This document shows, one piece after another, positions 25,701-40,700 of a stretch of 64,000 bases of DNA (within the stretch, counting starts at the first letter, position 1; every line of letters begins with the position of its first letter). Origin of the DNA: Squalus acanthias. Lineage: Eukaryota. The DNA lies in assembly GCA_030390025.1 (NCBI GenBank), contig CM059432.1, forward strand, positions 36,644,001-36,708,000, read 5' to 3'. The position numbers were made by a program, and so were the translations under genes. The notes beneath the pieces were generated by a model that saw only the letters and a list, made by a program, of their open reading frames with translations, was not told the DNA's origin and made no database searches.

Positions 25701-28700
25701 CTCGTGTTACTTCAACAGAGACCAGCGGTACCTCAGTCATTCTTAATGGTTCTATGACCACAGGGGTGGGGAATCAGTTGAGAAATCACAGCCAAGTCCA
25801 GTCCTGGACACACATGCACGCTTACCCAGCAGGGCAGGGTCTGTTGTGGGAACCCTGGTCAATTTTACCGCTGAAGCCAGTTTAGCATAGAATGGGAATC
25901 AAACCTGGGAACTTGCAGGTAAACTCGCTGAGCTATTGAGGGTCATTGCAGAGGCCTCTTTATGGGAGTTCTTTCCAAGGCACCTTTGAAAATCTATCGC
26001 AGCACCCTTCTCCAGTGGCAAATTTCCAATCCCCTCACACTCACCTATCTCCTGTAGTATTCGCACAGCCTCATTCACAGCCTTAGGGTCCGGACTATTC
26101 AAAGCTTTAGAAAGAAAATCTGAAGCCTGAAAAATAAAATGGGGGGGGAGGTGAAAGACATTAAAGAGGGTTAGAGTTGCTACACTTGAGCTTAGCACTC
26201 CTGAGTTACAGACTGGAAAATCAGCCAGGATTCCTACTCAAGATCACCATCAGAAATAAATGTAAAACATGAAGTACTATACTGTCTCTGTACAAAGCCT
26301 TGGTTAGGGCTCCTGTGGAACACTATGTCCAGTTTTGGTCGCCTCACATGGTGGGTGGGGGTCCTGGAAAATGTACAGTGGAGGGCCACTGGGCTAATAC
26401 CTAGTTTACAGGCCCTCAGTTACCACGAAATGCTGAGAGATCTGGGGCCTTTTACTATAGAAAAGCACTAACTTTGAGGAGATTTTATTGAGGTTTTTAA
26501 AGTAATGAAAGGATTTGATTCGGTCCACTTGCATAGGCTATTCATGCTAGATAGGTTGGGGAGGACCAGGGACATGGGTATAAATTACTTAAACAGAGCT
26601 AGGTTAGAGGTCAGGAAGTATTCCTTCTCACAGCCGTCGTCCTCTGGAATGAGCTGGCAGCACAAAAAGTGATTGTGGATTTGCTGCAAGTGTTCGAAGG
26701 AGAAGGGGGCAAGTTCCTGAGCGTGGCCAACATAACCTCATATAGAAGATAAGCGAGACTTGGGGCATCTGTCTCCAGTCACTGTGGTCTCCTGGAACTT
26801 GAACACCTTTGAAGGACAGAAGGGATTTTTTTTCCTAAATTGGCTTAAGATTGGCCTAAACTTAAAGACATTACACCATGACAGCGTAGGGCAGGGCTCA
26901 ATGGACCAGCTGGTCTTTCCCTGTCCTTTGTTTTCATATGTTAATGTAGAAAAACGTCCCAAAGCACTTTGAAGAGGCTTAATCAAAAAGTGGACGCCAA
27001 GCCAAAGAAGGAAATATTGGGAAGGTTGGCCAAAAAGCTTGATCGAAGCTTTTAGATAGCGTATCCAGTTTTTGAGCGGCTTACCATGAAGACGGTGCAG
27101 ATGAGACTCGCCGAGGTGAAAGACTTTAGTTATGAGGGAAGACTAGACACACCGGGACTCTATTAGAACACAGAAGGTTAAGAGGAAGTTTGATAGAGGT
27201 GCTCAAAATTATTAGGGCTTTTAGTGGAAAAATTATTTCCACTGGACAGTGAGTCAGTAACTAGAGGGCATAAATTTAAAATAATCACCAAAAGAACAAA
27301 GGGACGATTAGGAGAATTGTTTTTTTTTCCCCACACAGAAGGTTGTTAAGACATGGAATGCCCAACCAGAAACAGTGGTGGAAGCAGAATCCATAATAGC
27401 TTTTAAAAGGGAAATAGATAAATATTTGACAAAGAAAAATGTAAAAGGGTATGGGGAAAGGACAGGGGGATTGGACTAACGGGAGAACTCTGAAAGAGAG
27501 TCAGCATAGGTAAGGTGGGCTGAATGAGGAAAGGGCAGAGAATGGGGCAAAGCAGAGGGCTCTTTCAGAGAGCTGAAACAAGCGAGATAGGCTGAACGGC
27601 CTCCTTCGTTGCTGTAAAATTCTATGATTCGCAAGAGGAAAGAAAAAAGAAAGCAACACACACCGTAATGTCGGGAATGTGGACCTTGGACTGGACCACA
27701 ATGTTCTCCAGAGGGGTGCGCAGGATTTCTGGGATCTGAAAGTCGTCCATTTTCTCCAGCCTCTCCCTGCTGAACAAGTGGTAGGCGTTACCCGGCTGGC
27801 AGCGGCCCGCCCTCCCACGCCGCTGCTTCACGTTTGACTTGGAAATCCAAACGGTGTTGAGACACGAAACCTGCAATAGAGAGAATTAAGCCCCATCGTC
27901 TTGTGCACTAACCTGTTAAGAGGGTTACCCACGTCACAGGATTCAAAACACTTACATCGTGCTCTGGATTAAATATTTAACTTAAGAGCAGCCGATGGAG
28001 ATGGTACATCGGGCTCTGGCACTTGGTGTTCCATCAGATACAGCTTCATAGCCACGGTTCCACATAGCATCTGGAGTACTGCATACAGTTTTGGTGTCCA
28101 TACTTAAGAAAAGACATACTTGCTCTCGAGGCAGTACAAAGAAGGTTCACTCGGTTAATCCCGGGGATGAGGGGGTGGACATACGAGGAGAGGTTGAGTA
28201 GATTGGGACTCTACTCATTGGAGTTCAGAAGAATGAGAGGCAATCTTATTGAAACATATAAGATTGTGAAGGGGCTTGATCGGGTGGATGCGGTAAGGAT
28301 GTTCCCAAGGATGGGTGAAACTAGAACTAGGGGGCATAATCTTAGAATAAGGGGCTGCTCTTTCAAAACTGAGATGAGGAGAAACTTCTTCACTCAGAGG
28401 GTAGTAGGTCTGTGGAATTTGCTGCCCCAGGAAGCTGTGGAAGCTACATCATTAAATAAATTTAAAACAGAAATAGACAGTTTCCTAGAAGTAAAGGGAA
28501 TTAGGGGTTACGGGGAGCGGGCAGGAAATTGGACATGAGGCTGAGTTCGGATCGGTCGAGGCCCTGTGGGTGGCGTAGCGGGCCCAGGGGCTGAGTGGCC
28601 GGGTCCTGCTCCTACTTCTTGTGTTCTTTAGATTTGAGGTGAGGATCAGATCAGCCATGATCTTATTGAATGGCGGAGCAGGCTCGAAGGGCCGATTGGT

Positions 28701-31700
28701 CTACTCCTGCTCCTATTTCTTATGTTCTTATGTTCCCCCACACCTATTGCAACACTTTTTTTTTTAAACTTGTTTTCAGTAAAGCGGGTGATGCTGGCAC
28801 GGTCACATTTATTGACCATACTTACTTGCCCAGATGATTGTTTTTACAACTGATTGGTTGGGTAGGTCACTTCTGGTGGCATTAAAAGTCGACCACATTG
28901 GTGTGGGTCTGGAGTAACTTGCTAATGGAGATTTTTTCCTGGTACCAGGCCGCAACTGACCAGATTTATTGAGTAACTTGCCATGGTGGGATTTGAACTT
29001 ACATAGAAACATAGAAACATAGAATCTAGGAGCAGGAGTAGGCCATTCGGCCCGTCGAGCCTGCTCCGCCATTCAATACGATCATGGCTGATCATCCAAA
29101 TCCAGTACCCTGTCCCTGCTTTTAATCTCCACAGTACACATATCCCACCCTACCCCCGTAACCCCACGTATTTAATTCCCCTTAACATATCCCATCACCC
29201 CACATATTTAATCCCCTCTAACACTAAGGGTCAATTTATCATAGCCAAATCAACCTAACCCACACATTTTTGGACTGTGGGAGGAAACCGGAGCACCCGG
29301 AGGAAACCCACGCAGACACGGGGAGAATGTGCAAACTCCACACAGACAGTCACCCGAGGTCAGATTCGAACCCGGGTCTCTGGCGCTGTGAGGCACCAGT
29401 GCTAATCACTATGCCACCGTGTTGCCCAATGGGGTTGCTAGTCCAGTTTCATAACCACCATACTACCATAACCCTAGACATACCTAAAGCACATTTGTGT
29501 GGTTGTATTGTTGGTAGCCTGAGATTAGGCATCAGTGTTGGAGAGGCCATGGAGGAGTCAGTTTCCATAGGAACAGGAGTAGGCCATTCAGCCCCTCCAG
29601 TCGGTTCCATCATTTTATGAGATCGTAGATAATCTGTATCCTTACTCCATCCATCCACCTTGGATCCATATCCCTTAATACCCTTGGCTAAATCTCAGAT
29701 TTAAAATTATTAATTGAGCTTGCATCTACTTGCATTTTTGTGGGAGAGAGTTCCACACTTCTACCACCTTTTGCACGATGAAGTGTTTCCTAACTTCTCT
29801 CCTGAATGACCTGACTCTGATTTTAAGGTTATGTCCCCTTGTCCAAGACTCCCCCCACCAGCGGAGAAAGTTTTTCTCTATCTACCCTATCAATTCCTTT
29901 CAAAATCCTAAAAACCTCAATCAAATCACCCCTTAACCTTCTATATTCCAGGGAATACAAGCCAATTTATGTAATCTCTCCTCATAATTTAACCCTTGGA
30001 GCCTTGGCTGAAGCTGCGCTGCACTCCTTCCAAAGCCAATACATCCTTTCTACTGTGCAGTGCCCAGAACTATACACAGTACTCCAACTGTGGTCTAACC
30101 AGGAATTTGTATTGTTGTAGCAAAAATTCCATTAGCCTTTTTGATTCTTTATTGTACTTGACTACTACATTTAGTGACCTGTGTGCATGGACCCCTAAAT
30201 CTCCTTGGACCTCCACTATGCCTAGCTTTTCACCATTAAAAAAATACTCGGATCTATCCATTTTTGGTCCAAAATGGATGACCTCACACTTGCCTGCGTT
30301 GAAATCCATCTGCCACAGTTTTGCCTACTCAGTTAATCTATCAATGTCTCTTTGTAATTTTGAGTCTTTGTAATTCCGTCTACACTACTTACTATGCCAC
30401 CAATCTGTGCGTCATCGGCAAAATTGGATATATGGCTCTCTATGTTATCTACGTTATTAATAAATAGTGAATAGTTGAGGCCCCAGCACAGATCTAGTCA
30501 CTTCCTTCCAATTAGAATACGTACCCATTATCCCTACTCTCTGACTTCTACTGCTTAACCAATCTCCGAACCAGGTGAATAATTTGCCTTCATGAGTTTT
30601 AATTTTAGCTACCAGTCCCTTATGTGGAACCTTATCCAATGCCTTCTGGAAGTCCATATAAACTACATCCATAGACATTACTCTGTCTACCACTTTAGTT
30701 ACTTCCTCAAAAAATTCAATTAGGTTCATTAGACATGACCTACCCTTGACGAATCCACGTTGTCTCTCTCTAATCAGCTCAAATTTCTCTAAGTGCTCAG
30801 TCACTCTATCCTTATAGATTCCAATAACTTCCCACAACAGATGTTAGACTAACAGGTCTATCATTTCCTGGTTTCTCTCTCGCACCTTTCTTAAATAATG
30901 GGAGTTACATTTGCAATTTTCCAATCCAAAGGGACAATTCCTGAAGAGAGAGAATTTTGGAAGATTATGGCTAAAGCATCTACAATTTCATCACCTACTT
31001 CCTTTCCTTTAAAACCCTGGGCTGGAAACCATCAGGTCCTGGGGATTTGTCAGTTTATATCTCTCCCAGTCCCCCTGGAGCTACACTATTCTTTACACTT
31101 TTGTATGCTCTTTCCTTTAGAGTTATGTTATCTCTCGCCTCTTGACGACCATAGCTGTTTTATTTGGCAAGTAGAGCTCTTGCCCCTTAGGGGTATATAC
31201 TGATCCTGTATTAAGCTAAAATTATTTTTTGAACCCCTCCCTCTGTTCATCTGTAGTTTTACCCAATAACAGTTTTGACCAGCTTGCTGTCGTCAATCTC
31301 TGTCTCATCCCATGAAAATTAGCCTTACCAATCTAGAATCTTAGTAACTGTTATGTTTCTCCTTTTCAATCCTAACATTGAGTTTGATCATAGTATGATC
31401 ACTGTTAGATAAATGTTCCTTTACTGTAAGATTATTAACTAAATCTGTCTCATTACTCATTACTAAATCTAATATGGCCTGCCCTTTTGTTGGTTCTGGA
31501 ACATATTGCTCCAGAAAACTATCTTGAATGCACTCAAGAAACACACTACCTTTCTGACTTGAGCTACTCTGCTCTTCCCAATCTATTTGAAAATTAAAGT
31601 ATCCCATAAAAACAACTCTGCTTTTGCTACAAGCCTCTCGAATATCAGAATTAATTCATTCTGCCATTTCATTACTGTTATCGGGAGGCCTGTAGATAAC

Positions 31701-34700
31701 TCCCATTACAGTTTTAAGTCCTCTCCGCTGATTGCTTTCCCTTACCTATATTCTCTCTTCCCATTGCATATCCTTTAGACCAGTCATATTGGACAACAAT
31801 ACTTCAGATCATCAAGGTATCTATTTCACCCAAACAGACTACATTGTCTTTCGGTTTCGAGAAATGAGGGAGGATATGAGAAATATATTTTAAGCCAATG
31901 CAGTAATGCCAGAGAGAGTGAACGACCAAAAGTCTCCATTCTTTGCTCTTATTTCACCCACAGCTTTGCTCTAGTTGCAATCTAAGGCAAACAGGGAGAT
32001 GTGGGGAGGAGGGACTGTGCAGCATCACTCTGAAGGGAGGGAAGGAAGTAAATAGTGATATTCTACCTAAAATAAGAACCACTCACCTCCTAGCAGCTAC
32101 CCAAAGAGGGCACTGCCAGGCTGCTGGCCGATCCTCTTCACAAAGATGTACAAGTCAACAGGGCACTCCAGTGCAGTACTGAGGGAGTGCTGCAGCGTTT
32201 AGATGAAGCTCCGTCTGCCTTCTCAGGTGGACATAGAAGATTCCACGGCACTATTCGAAGAAGAGCAGGGGAGTTCTCCCGAATGCCCTGGCCAATATTT
32301 ATCTCTCAACTAACATCACTAAAACAGATTATCTGGTCATTATCTCATTACTGTTTGTGAAACATTGCTGTACACAAATTGGCTGCCGCATTTCCCTACA
32401 TTACAACAGTGACTACACTTCAAAAATACTTCAGTGGCTGTAAAGCGCTTTGAGACGTCCTGAGTTTGTGGAAGGCGCTATATAAATGCAAGTCCTTTCC
32501 TTTCCTATTCCCTTATATCTCCTTGCGTCAATGTTACAGGCAACCTAAAAATTAGGTTTGTACAAGCCCTTAGTTTTCCTTGAATAAGACAGCATAGTTT
32601 TGCACTGTTTTCTGAGATCACTTAGACTTAATCCAATTACTGATCCGTCTACTACATACATCCCTCTGGACTTCCTCTAAACTTTCCCCTTCATATCCTG
32701 TGCCTTGGACAGCGGTTAAGCTTCCTTAAACAGAAGTGTACTGTACTGTTTCTGTGATAAGACCCAAGTCCTTCCCAATGCACTGAATTGCTGTTCATTC
32801 TGCTATAGGTTTGACATGGTCTTCAACTGCCCTCTGTTGTGTGACTGAGGAATTGTCAGAGAGATACTTTGCTTCTAAAGGTATTTTTACTTTACTGCTA
32901 GATCATGGAAGAGTACTGCGATACTGATGGCCTGGGACTCCTCGTGGGCCCAAGGTATTCGTGCCTGGGAATACAAAGGCCTAGTTTCTATGTACATCAT
33001 TAAACATATGAACATAGGAACAGGAGACCATCATTCAGCCCCTTGAGCCTGTTCAGTCATTAAATTAGATCATGGCTGATCTGTACCTCAACTCCATTTC
33101 CCTTGATACCCATATCCAACAAAATATTGTCAATCTCAGTCTCGAAAATTTAAATTGTCCCAGCGTTCACAGCCTTTTGGGGAGAGTTCCAGATTTCCAC
33201 TATCCTTTGTGTGAAAAAATGTATTCCTGCTTTCACTCCTGAATGGCCTACCTCTAATGTTTTGTGCCACCTTGTTCTGGATTCCCCCACAGATGAAATG
33301 GTTTCACTATGTCTACCCTATCGAATCCCTTAATAATTTCAAACACCTCGCTTAGATCACCCCATAACCTTAAAATTAAGGTTCAATCAGAGCATTTTCA
33401 TTGAGCAGCTTTGACACGGACACTGGCTCTACACATGTCTGTGAGCGAGAAGAGGAGCCAGCAAGTCCAAGGACAGCTAACAAAACCCATGGGAAAGTGG
33501 CTCGACAATACTACCGGAAAGTTGGTTAAGTCTTACATAAGAAATAGGAGCAGGAATAGGCCACTTGGCCCCTCGAGCCTGCTCCGCCATTCAATAAGAT
33601 CATGGCTGATCTTGGGCTCAAAGCCACTTCCCTGCCCGCTCCCCATATCCCTTCACTCCCTTATCTTGCAAAAATCTATCTATCTCCACCTTAAATGTAT
33701 TTAATGACCCAGCCTCCACAGCTCTCTGGGGCAGAGAATTCCACAGATTTACGACCCTCAGAGGAGAAATTCCTCCTCATCTCAGTTCTAAAAGGGCGAC
33801 CCCTTTATTCTGAAACTATGCCCCCGAGTTCTAGATTTCCCCACGAGGGGAAACATCCTCTCTGCATTTACCTTGTCGAGCCCCCTCAGTAACTTGTATG
33901 TTTCAATAAGAACACCTCTCATTCTTCTAAATTCCAATGAGTATAGGCCCAACCTTTCCTCATAAGTCAACCCCCTCATCTCTGGAATTAACCGAGTGAA
34001 CTGCCTCCAATGCAAGTATATCCTTCCTTAAATAAGGAGACCAAAACTGTACGCAGTACTCAAGGAGTGGTCTCACCAATACCCTGTTCAGTTCCCTGCT
34101 TTTATACTCCAACCCCCTTGAAATAAAGGCCAACATTCCATTTGCCTTTTTGATTACTTGCTGTACCTGCATGCTAACTTTTTGTGTTTCATGCACAAGG
34201 ACCCCCAGGTCCCTCTGAACTGTAGCATTTTGTAGTCTCTCTCCATTTAAATAATAATTTGCTTTTTTATTTTTCCTGCCTAAGTGGATAACCTCGCACT
34301 TTCCCACATTATACTGCATCTGCCAAATGTTTGCCCACTCACTTAGCCTGTCTATATCCCTTTGCAGATTCTTTGAGTCCTCTGCACAACTTGCTTTCCC
34401 ACCCATCTATGTATCATCCGCAAACTTGGCTACATTACACTCGGTCCCTTCATCCAAGTCATTAATGTAGATTGTAAATAGTTGAGGCCCCAGCACCGAT
34501 CCCTGTGGCACCCCACTAGTTACCATTTGCCAACCGGAAAATGACCCATTTATCCCGACTCTCTGCTTTCTGTTAGTTCGCCAATTCTCTATCCATGCTA
34601 ATATATTACCCCCAACTCCGTGAGCTCTTATCTTATGCAGTAACCTTTTATGTGGCACCTTATAGAATGCCTTCTGGAAATCCAAATACACCACATCCAC

Positions 34701-37700
34701 TGGCTCACCTTTGTCCACCCTGCTCGTTACATCCTCAAAGAACTCCAGCAAATTTGTTAAACATGATATCCCTTTCATAAAACCATGCTGACTCTGCTTG
34801 ACTGCATTATGATTTTCCAAATGCCCTGCTACTGCTTCCTTAATGAAGGACTCCAGCATTTTCCCAATGACAGATGTTAGGCTAACTGGTCTATAGTTTC
34901 CTGCTTTCTGTCTCCCTCCTTTCTTAAATAGGGGTGTTACATTTGCAGTTTTCCAATCCGCTGGGGCCTCTCCAGAGTCCAGGGAATTTTGGTATATTGC
35001 AACCAATGCATCCACTATCTCTGCAGCCACTTCTTTTAAGACCCTTTTTATATTTTTATTCTTTATATTTACAGGGAAACTGGGCATCTACTATCATCTG
35101 GACCCTTCCACTTAAAAGGCAAAGTACTTTCTGCTCACAAGATATAATTATTGATAAGGGAAGGCCAGTCTGCCGATCTTACGAACATACATACGAACAT
35201 ATGAATTAGGAGCAGGAGTAGGCCACTCGACCCCTCGAGCCTGCTCCGCCATTCAATAAGATCATGGCTGATCTGATTACTCCACATTCCTGCCTTTGAT
35301 GTGGCACCTTATCAAATGACTTCTGGAAATCTAAGTACAGTACATCCACCGGTTCCCCTTTATCCACAGCACATGTTACTTCCTCAAAGAACTCCAATAA
35401 ATTGGTTAAACATGATTTCCCTTTCATAAAACCATGTTGACTCTGCCTGATTACCTTGAACTTTTCTAAGTGCCCTGCTATAACGTCTTTAATAATAGCT
35501 TCTAACATCTTCCCTATGACAGATGTTAAACTAACTGGCCTGTAGTTTCCTGCTTTCTGTCTCCCTCACTTTTTGAATAAAGGAGTTACATTCGCTATTT
35601 TCCAATCTAATGGAACCTTCCCCAAACCAAGAAATCCCCCCATTGCAACATCTAATTGGTTCTCAACAACATGTCAAAGCATTTACTGTATAATGAATTG
35701 CACTGAAGTGCACTGACTGAAAGGGTGGTGGAGGCAGATTCTATAGTAACTTTCAAAAGGGAATTGGTTATATACTTGAATAGGAAAAATTTGCAGGGCT
35801 ATGGAACTAATTGGATAGCTCTTTCAAACAGCCAGCACAGGCACGATGGGCTGAATGGCCTCCTTCTATGCTATAAGTTTCTTTGAGCTATGACTGTCAT
35901 TATGTAGACAAACGCAGCAGACAATTTGAATGCAGGGTTTCTGCCTCAATTACTTAAGTCCATTCCAGGTATTGACTACTCTGAAGAAGATTTTCCTGCC
36001 ATCAGTCCTAAATTTGCCTTTTACTAGTTTGAACAGGTGTCCCCTACTCTCGCAATTTAATTTGAAAGAATAATTCAGGTTACCTTTGTCCTCAGATCGT
36101 AGCGCTGTTCCTTCTGACACCCTGTGTCGACCACGTGTATGATATCATCGATAGTTATTGAGGTCTCTGCGATGTTTGTCGCCAGGACTATTTTCCTCAT
36201 CCCGGGGGCTGGCTGATGGAAGATCTCTTGCTGATCCATCACCGGGATGTTGGAATGAACTGTGAGAAGAGAAGACTTGTATTTAAACAACGCCTTATCT
36301 CACCTCTTGGAAACATCTCAAAGTGATTCACATATAATGACTTGCTATGAAGTGCAGTGGCTGCTGTTGTGTAGTCAAAGTTGGCTGAGAATTTACACAC
36401 TAACATCCGGAAAACAGGGAGATGAAAGATTGACAACCTGGGTCTTTTCTCTCTTGAAAAAAGACTGAGGGGATACAGTGGAAGTGTTTAAAATTATGAA
36501 AGGTTTGGACAAATTCGATCCAAATAAGCATTTATGTTGTGTTATATTTACAAATTAAAGGACAACATATGAAAATAGGAAATGCAGGAGGAACTTTCTC
36601 TACTAAAAAAATGGTAAGTATGTGGAACAGATTACCAGTACAGGTAGTGGAACAATTCAGGATCCCAATAAGAAGGAATTGAGATGACTGTAGAGATACC
36701 TTGTGAATGATAGGAGGATACAAGTTAAACTTACTCCACTGTGGAGGAGTTTACTAATGCGAGCGATGCTGACACACTCATTTGGTTTTCCATGTCAAAG
36801 ACTGGCCTGGTTGAATTTAGGCTATAATTTCTTGGCCCTTTTCCTCTGATTTCCTGCTGCTCCACCTCTTTTCCCGACAGGGCTGACTCTTGCAGGGGTA
36901 CAGCTCCACGGGCACCGGCCAACTTCCACTACCTTGTACGAGTGACCATTCTTCACGTGAGCCTGCACGTCAAATGCTGGCAGGTTATTCTACCATGGGG
37001 ACTATCACAGCCAAGCCTCAACTGGTGTGCACATATTCACTTTGTAGCAGTAATCACTGAATAGTGATCAGGAGCGGAAGCGCTGGCAGGTTTTCAATTT
37101 CCTGACCCACTGCAGCCATCAATAGCGTCTCTACTGTCATTCCTAGTTATTTTACCACAGACGAACATTGGACCTTCCTAGTTATATGGTTATATGTCTT
37201 AGAAATAGCCCCACAATCCCTCCCAGCCAGAGGTGGACACCTATATCTATATATACACGAAATTGTTGAGATTTCCTGTTTGTCACAATTATGACATTGG
37301 TAATACGTAGACACAATGACTCAAGTATATTGCTAATACTTGTTCCTATCATTTTCAATAGGCAAACATGTGATATTCAGACCTCCCACCACTGGTGATG
37401 CTGTGGTTCGAGTCAGCCAGGTTCACCTATCATTTTGGCCAAAAGCAGACATACCATTTCCTCTGACTAACCGGAAGCCCACGGGAGATTCACTTGTTTT
37501 CCAAATGCACTCTGAGTTTACACAGACACTCACCAGGTAAAATGATGCAGTTTTCTTTCCTAGTTGAAAGACGTTCCTCGAGTCTCTGCTGAACCCCTCG
37601 GATCTCCTGCCACCCTGGCAAGAAGCACAAGATTGCACCTGCAATGCAAACGTACGACAGAGAGTTAGCTAAAGGCAGAGTGAAAAGCAGTCTGGTTTCT

Positions 37701-40700
37701 ATCAGTTCCCCTCCCCAACCACCTACCCCTATTTTCTCCTCTTTATTAAAGGTAGCGACTGTTGCTGGGTGCAGAGAGCCTTTCTGAACTGTGCCCAAGT
37801 GGAGATTCTTTGACAGTGGGTGTTGGTTGACTATTCAATCATGAACTGCATCACAGCCAAGCTGGCATCCACATACAAGCGAGTGAATTCCACCAAGGGA
37901 GCTCGCTTGATTTGGAGGGGGATTGGTTGCTTTTTCTCATCTTGAGGCCCACAAATGTTGAGGAAAATTGTACACTGCTTACTGGGATCAGCTAATGCAG
38001 CACAGGACAGGAACTCAATGTGGGACCTTCTGATCTGTAAAGTTCAGGACAAAACCAGTTGGTGCTTTCACCTACTGAGCCAGCGGGAGGGAGTACAATA
38101 CTCTCAACATCACATCAAAGTGCTCCCACCACCAGTGTCAGAGCTGTACCTAGCAGTACCTTCACCCCTATGTTATCCAGCTTAAAATGCTTCCTCGAGA
38201 CACAACCCAGTCTCAGACAGACAGGATCTATAATTGCACTGCTGAGCGTTTTGCACAGTGCATGTGGACTTGGTATGAAAATTTCACACACCCACCAATA
38301 TGCTTTACTAAAACCCAGTGCCAGCAGACAAGAGTACATAAAAGCATATGTCAACGTTCAAGATTAGATTGGATAGGTGGCTGAAGGACAAGGGGTTGAC
38401 GGGATATGGCAACAGGGTGGGTAAATGTGACTGGAACCATTTGTTCGCATGGAGGGTAAACGCCGACATGAGCTGATTGGGCTGAATAGCCTGTTTCCAT
38501 GTTATAATTTCTATGTATTTCTTATATTGTATAACTACACTAAACAAGGCATTCAGCCGGCTGCTGGGTAAAGCCTTAAACACATCCATTTACTGTGCTA
38601 AAGTGGGAATTGTGTCCCTGTACTGACTTTGGCTGAGGAGCTCTACCCTTCATGCTGGAATCCTGCCCAAGATTCTTGACATGAGCTCAGACAAGGAGTG
38701 TCAGTGTGAGAGAGAACATAGGAATTGCTAGACGGAAAAACAGCAAGGTCCATCTCGTTCGCCTTCTACCATCCCGGTAGTCGCATGATACAATGAGAAT
38801 GGAGCTGTTGACTTATTGTAGTAATCAATCTCTTATCAATTCGTCTGCAACAAACCCAGATTGAGGCACGGAAAATCCGAGTGGTGGAAAGGTTTGGGAA
38901 CCATAGGTCCAAAGTCACATGCTCCTCCCAAGCACAGTACACTTATCATATATCATGTCTCAAACTATGATGATTACAGCCTAATCCAACTCTACCCACA
39001 CCAGATAGTGATATCTACTGGATGATGACCAGTGCCAACCCTGGCTGATTCATCTCCTCTCTAGCGCACAAGCGGCGGAGGCAATTATGACACATGTCCC
39101 GTTATTCTAGCCGAGATCAATAACTCAGGAGGGCCCAGGAATCAAACTTAGGGCCTTTCTGGCCTGTGTAGTTGAGGAATAAACCAGGCAGAAGAGTCAC
39201 CCACTAAACCAGAAAGAGAAAGAGCTAAAAATATCTTTCCCCTATTTTCAGCATCAAACCCCAGTGATAACCCAAACAGGTTTCCCTTACCTGACTCGCT
39301 GCGAGCGTCAATATGCACAATAGTGTCAGTGACCAAGTCGAGGTCAGGAACAGGGTCCTCCTCATCCTGTCAGACATCACAAAACAAAGAGCCAATTATA
39401 ACCACCAGTAAGTCAAACAGATTTACCAAATAAGATACAGTTTGTCACTAATAATTTATTTAAATCCCTTGTGAGCTTAATGACTGATTCTTTTGTGAAA
39501 GAAAAATTACACGCAGCAATTGACTGCTGGATTACCACGGTGAGTCACAGGTCACATCTCTCAAAGAGCCCGTTAGTAATTCACTGAGATCCCTGATGGC
39601 TACCAATGGCTGAATCGAACCGTGTGGTGCAATACAAATCAGGAAAGTCCCAAGTTTGATCCTCGGTCTGTACCGAATTAGCTGATCTTAGCTGGGGCAC
39701 CACAACTGGCTCAGAAAGGGGCTAGGTAAGGGTGGAAGGAACATTTAGCAGACCTCCTATGGTGGTGCTCACGGCGAGTTGGATGATACACTGCTTTGTG
39801 CATAAGGTGTGACAGAGAAAGGGAAAGTTACAGGAGGTTATAGGGAACGGTAACAGGGAAGTTACAGGGAACAGTAGCATAGTGGTAATGTCACTGGGCT
39901 AATAATCCAGAGGCCTGGACTAATGGCCCAGAGGCGTGAGTTCAAATCCCACCACTGCAGCTGGGGAATTTAAATTCAGTTAATTAAATAAAATCTGGAA
40001 TAATTACGAGTATCAGTAATGGTAACCATGAAACTATCGGATTGTCGTAAAAACCCATCTGGTTCACTAATGTCCTTTAGGGAAGGAAACCTGCCGTCCT
40101 TACCTGGTCTGGCCTATATGTGACTCCAGACCCACAGCAACTGCCCTCTGAAATGACCTAGCAAGTCACTTAGTTGTAACTAACCGTTACGAAACAAAAT
40201 AAGAATGAAACCGACGGACCACCCGGCATCGACCTCGGCACCAGCTACGGACACGGCAACGGCACACCCAGCCCAGTAAACCCTGCATAGTCCTCCTCAC
40301 CAACATCTGGGAGAGCTGTTCCACAGGCTAGTCAAGCAACAGCCTGACATAGTCATACTGACAAATTTATTCCTTTCAGCCAATGTCCCAAACTCCTCCA
40401 TCACCATCCCTGGCTATGTCCTGTCCCACCGGCAGGACAGACCCACCAGGGGTGGCGGCACAGTGGTATACAGTCGGGAAGGAGTGTCCCTGGGAGTCCT
40501 CAACATTGAATTCCGGACCCCATGAAGTCTCATGGCTTCAGGTCAAGCATGGGCAAGGAAACCACCTACCGCCCTCCCTCAGCTGATGAATCAGTACTCC
40601 GCCATGTTGAACACCACTTGTAAGAAGCACTGAGAGTAGCAAGGGCACAGAATGTACTCTGGGTAGGGGACTTCAATGTCCATCACTAAGAGTGGCTCGG

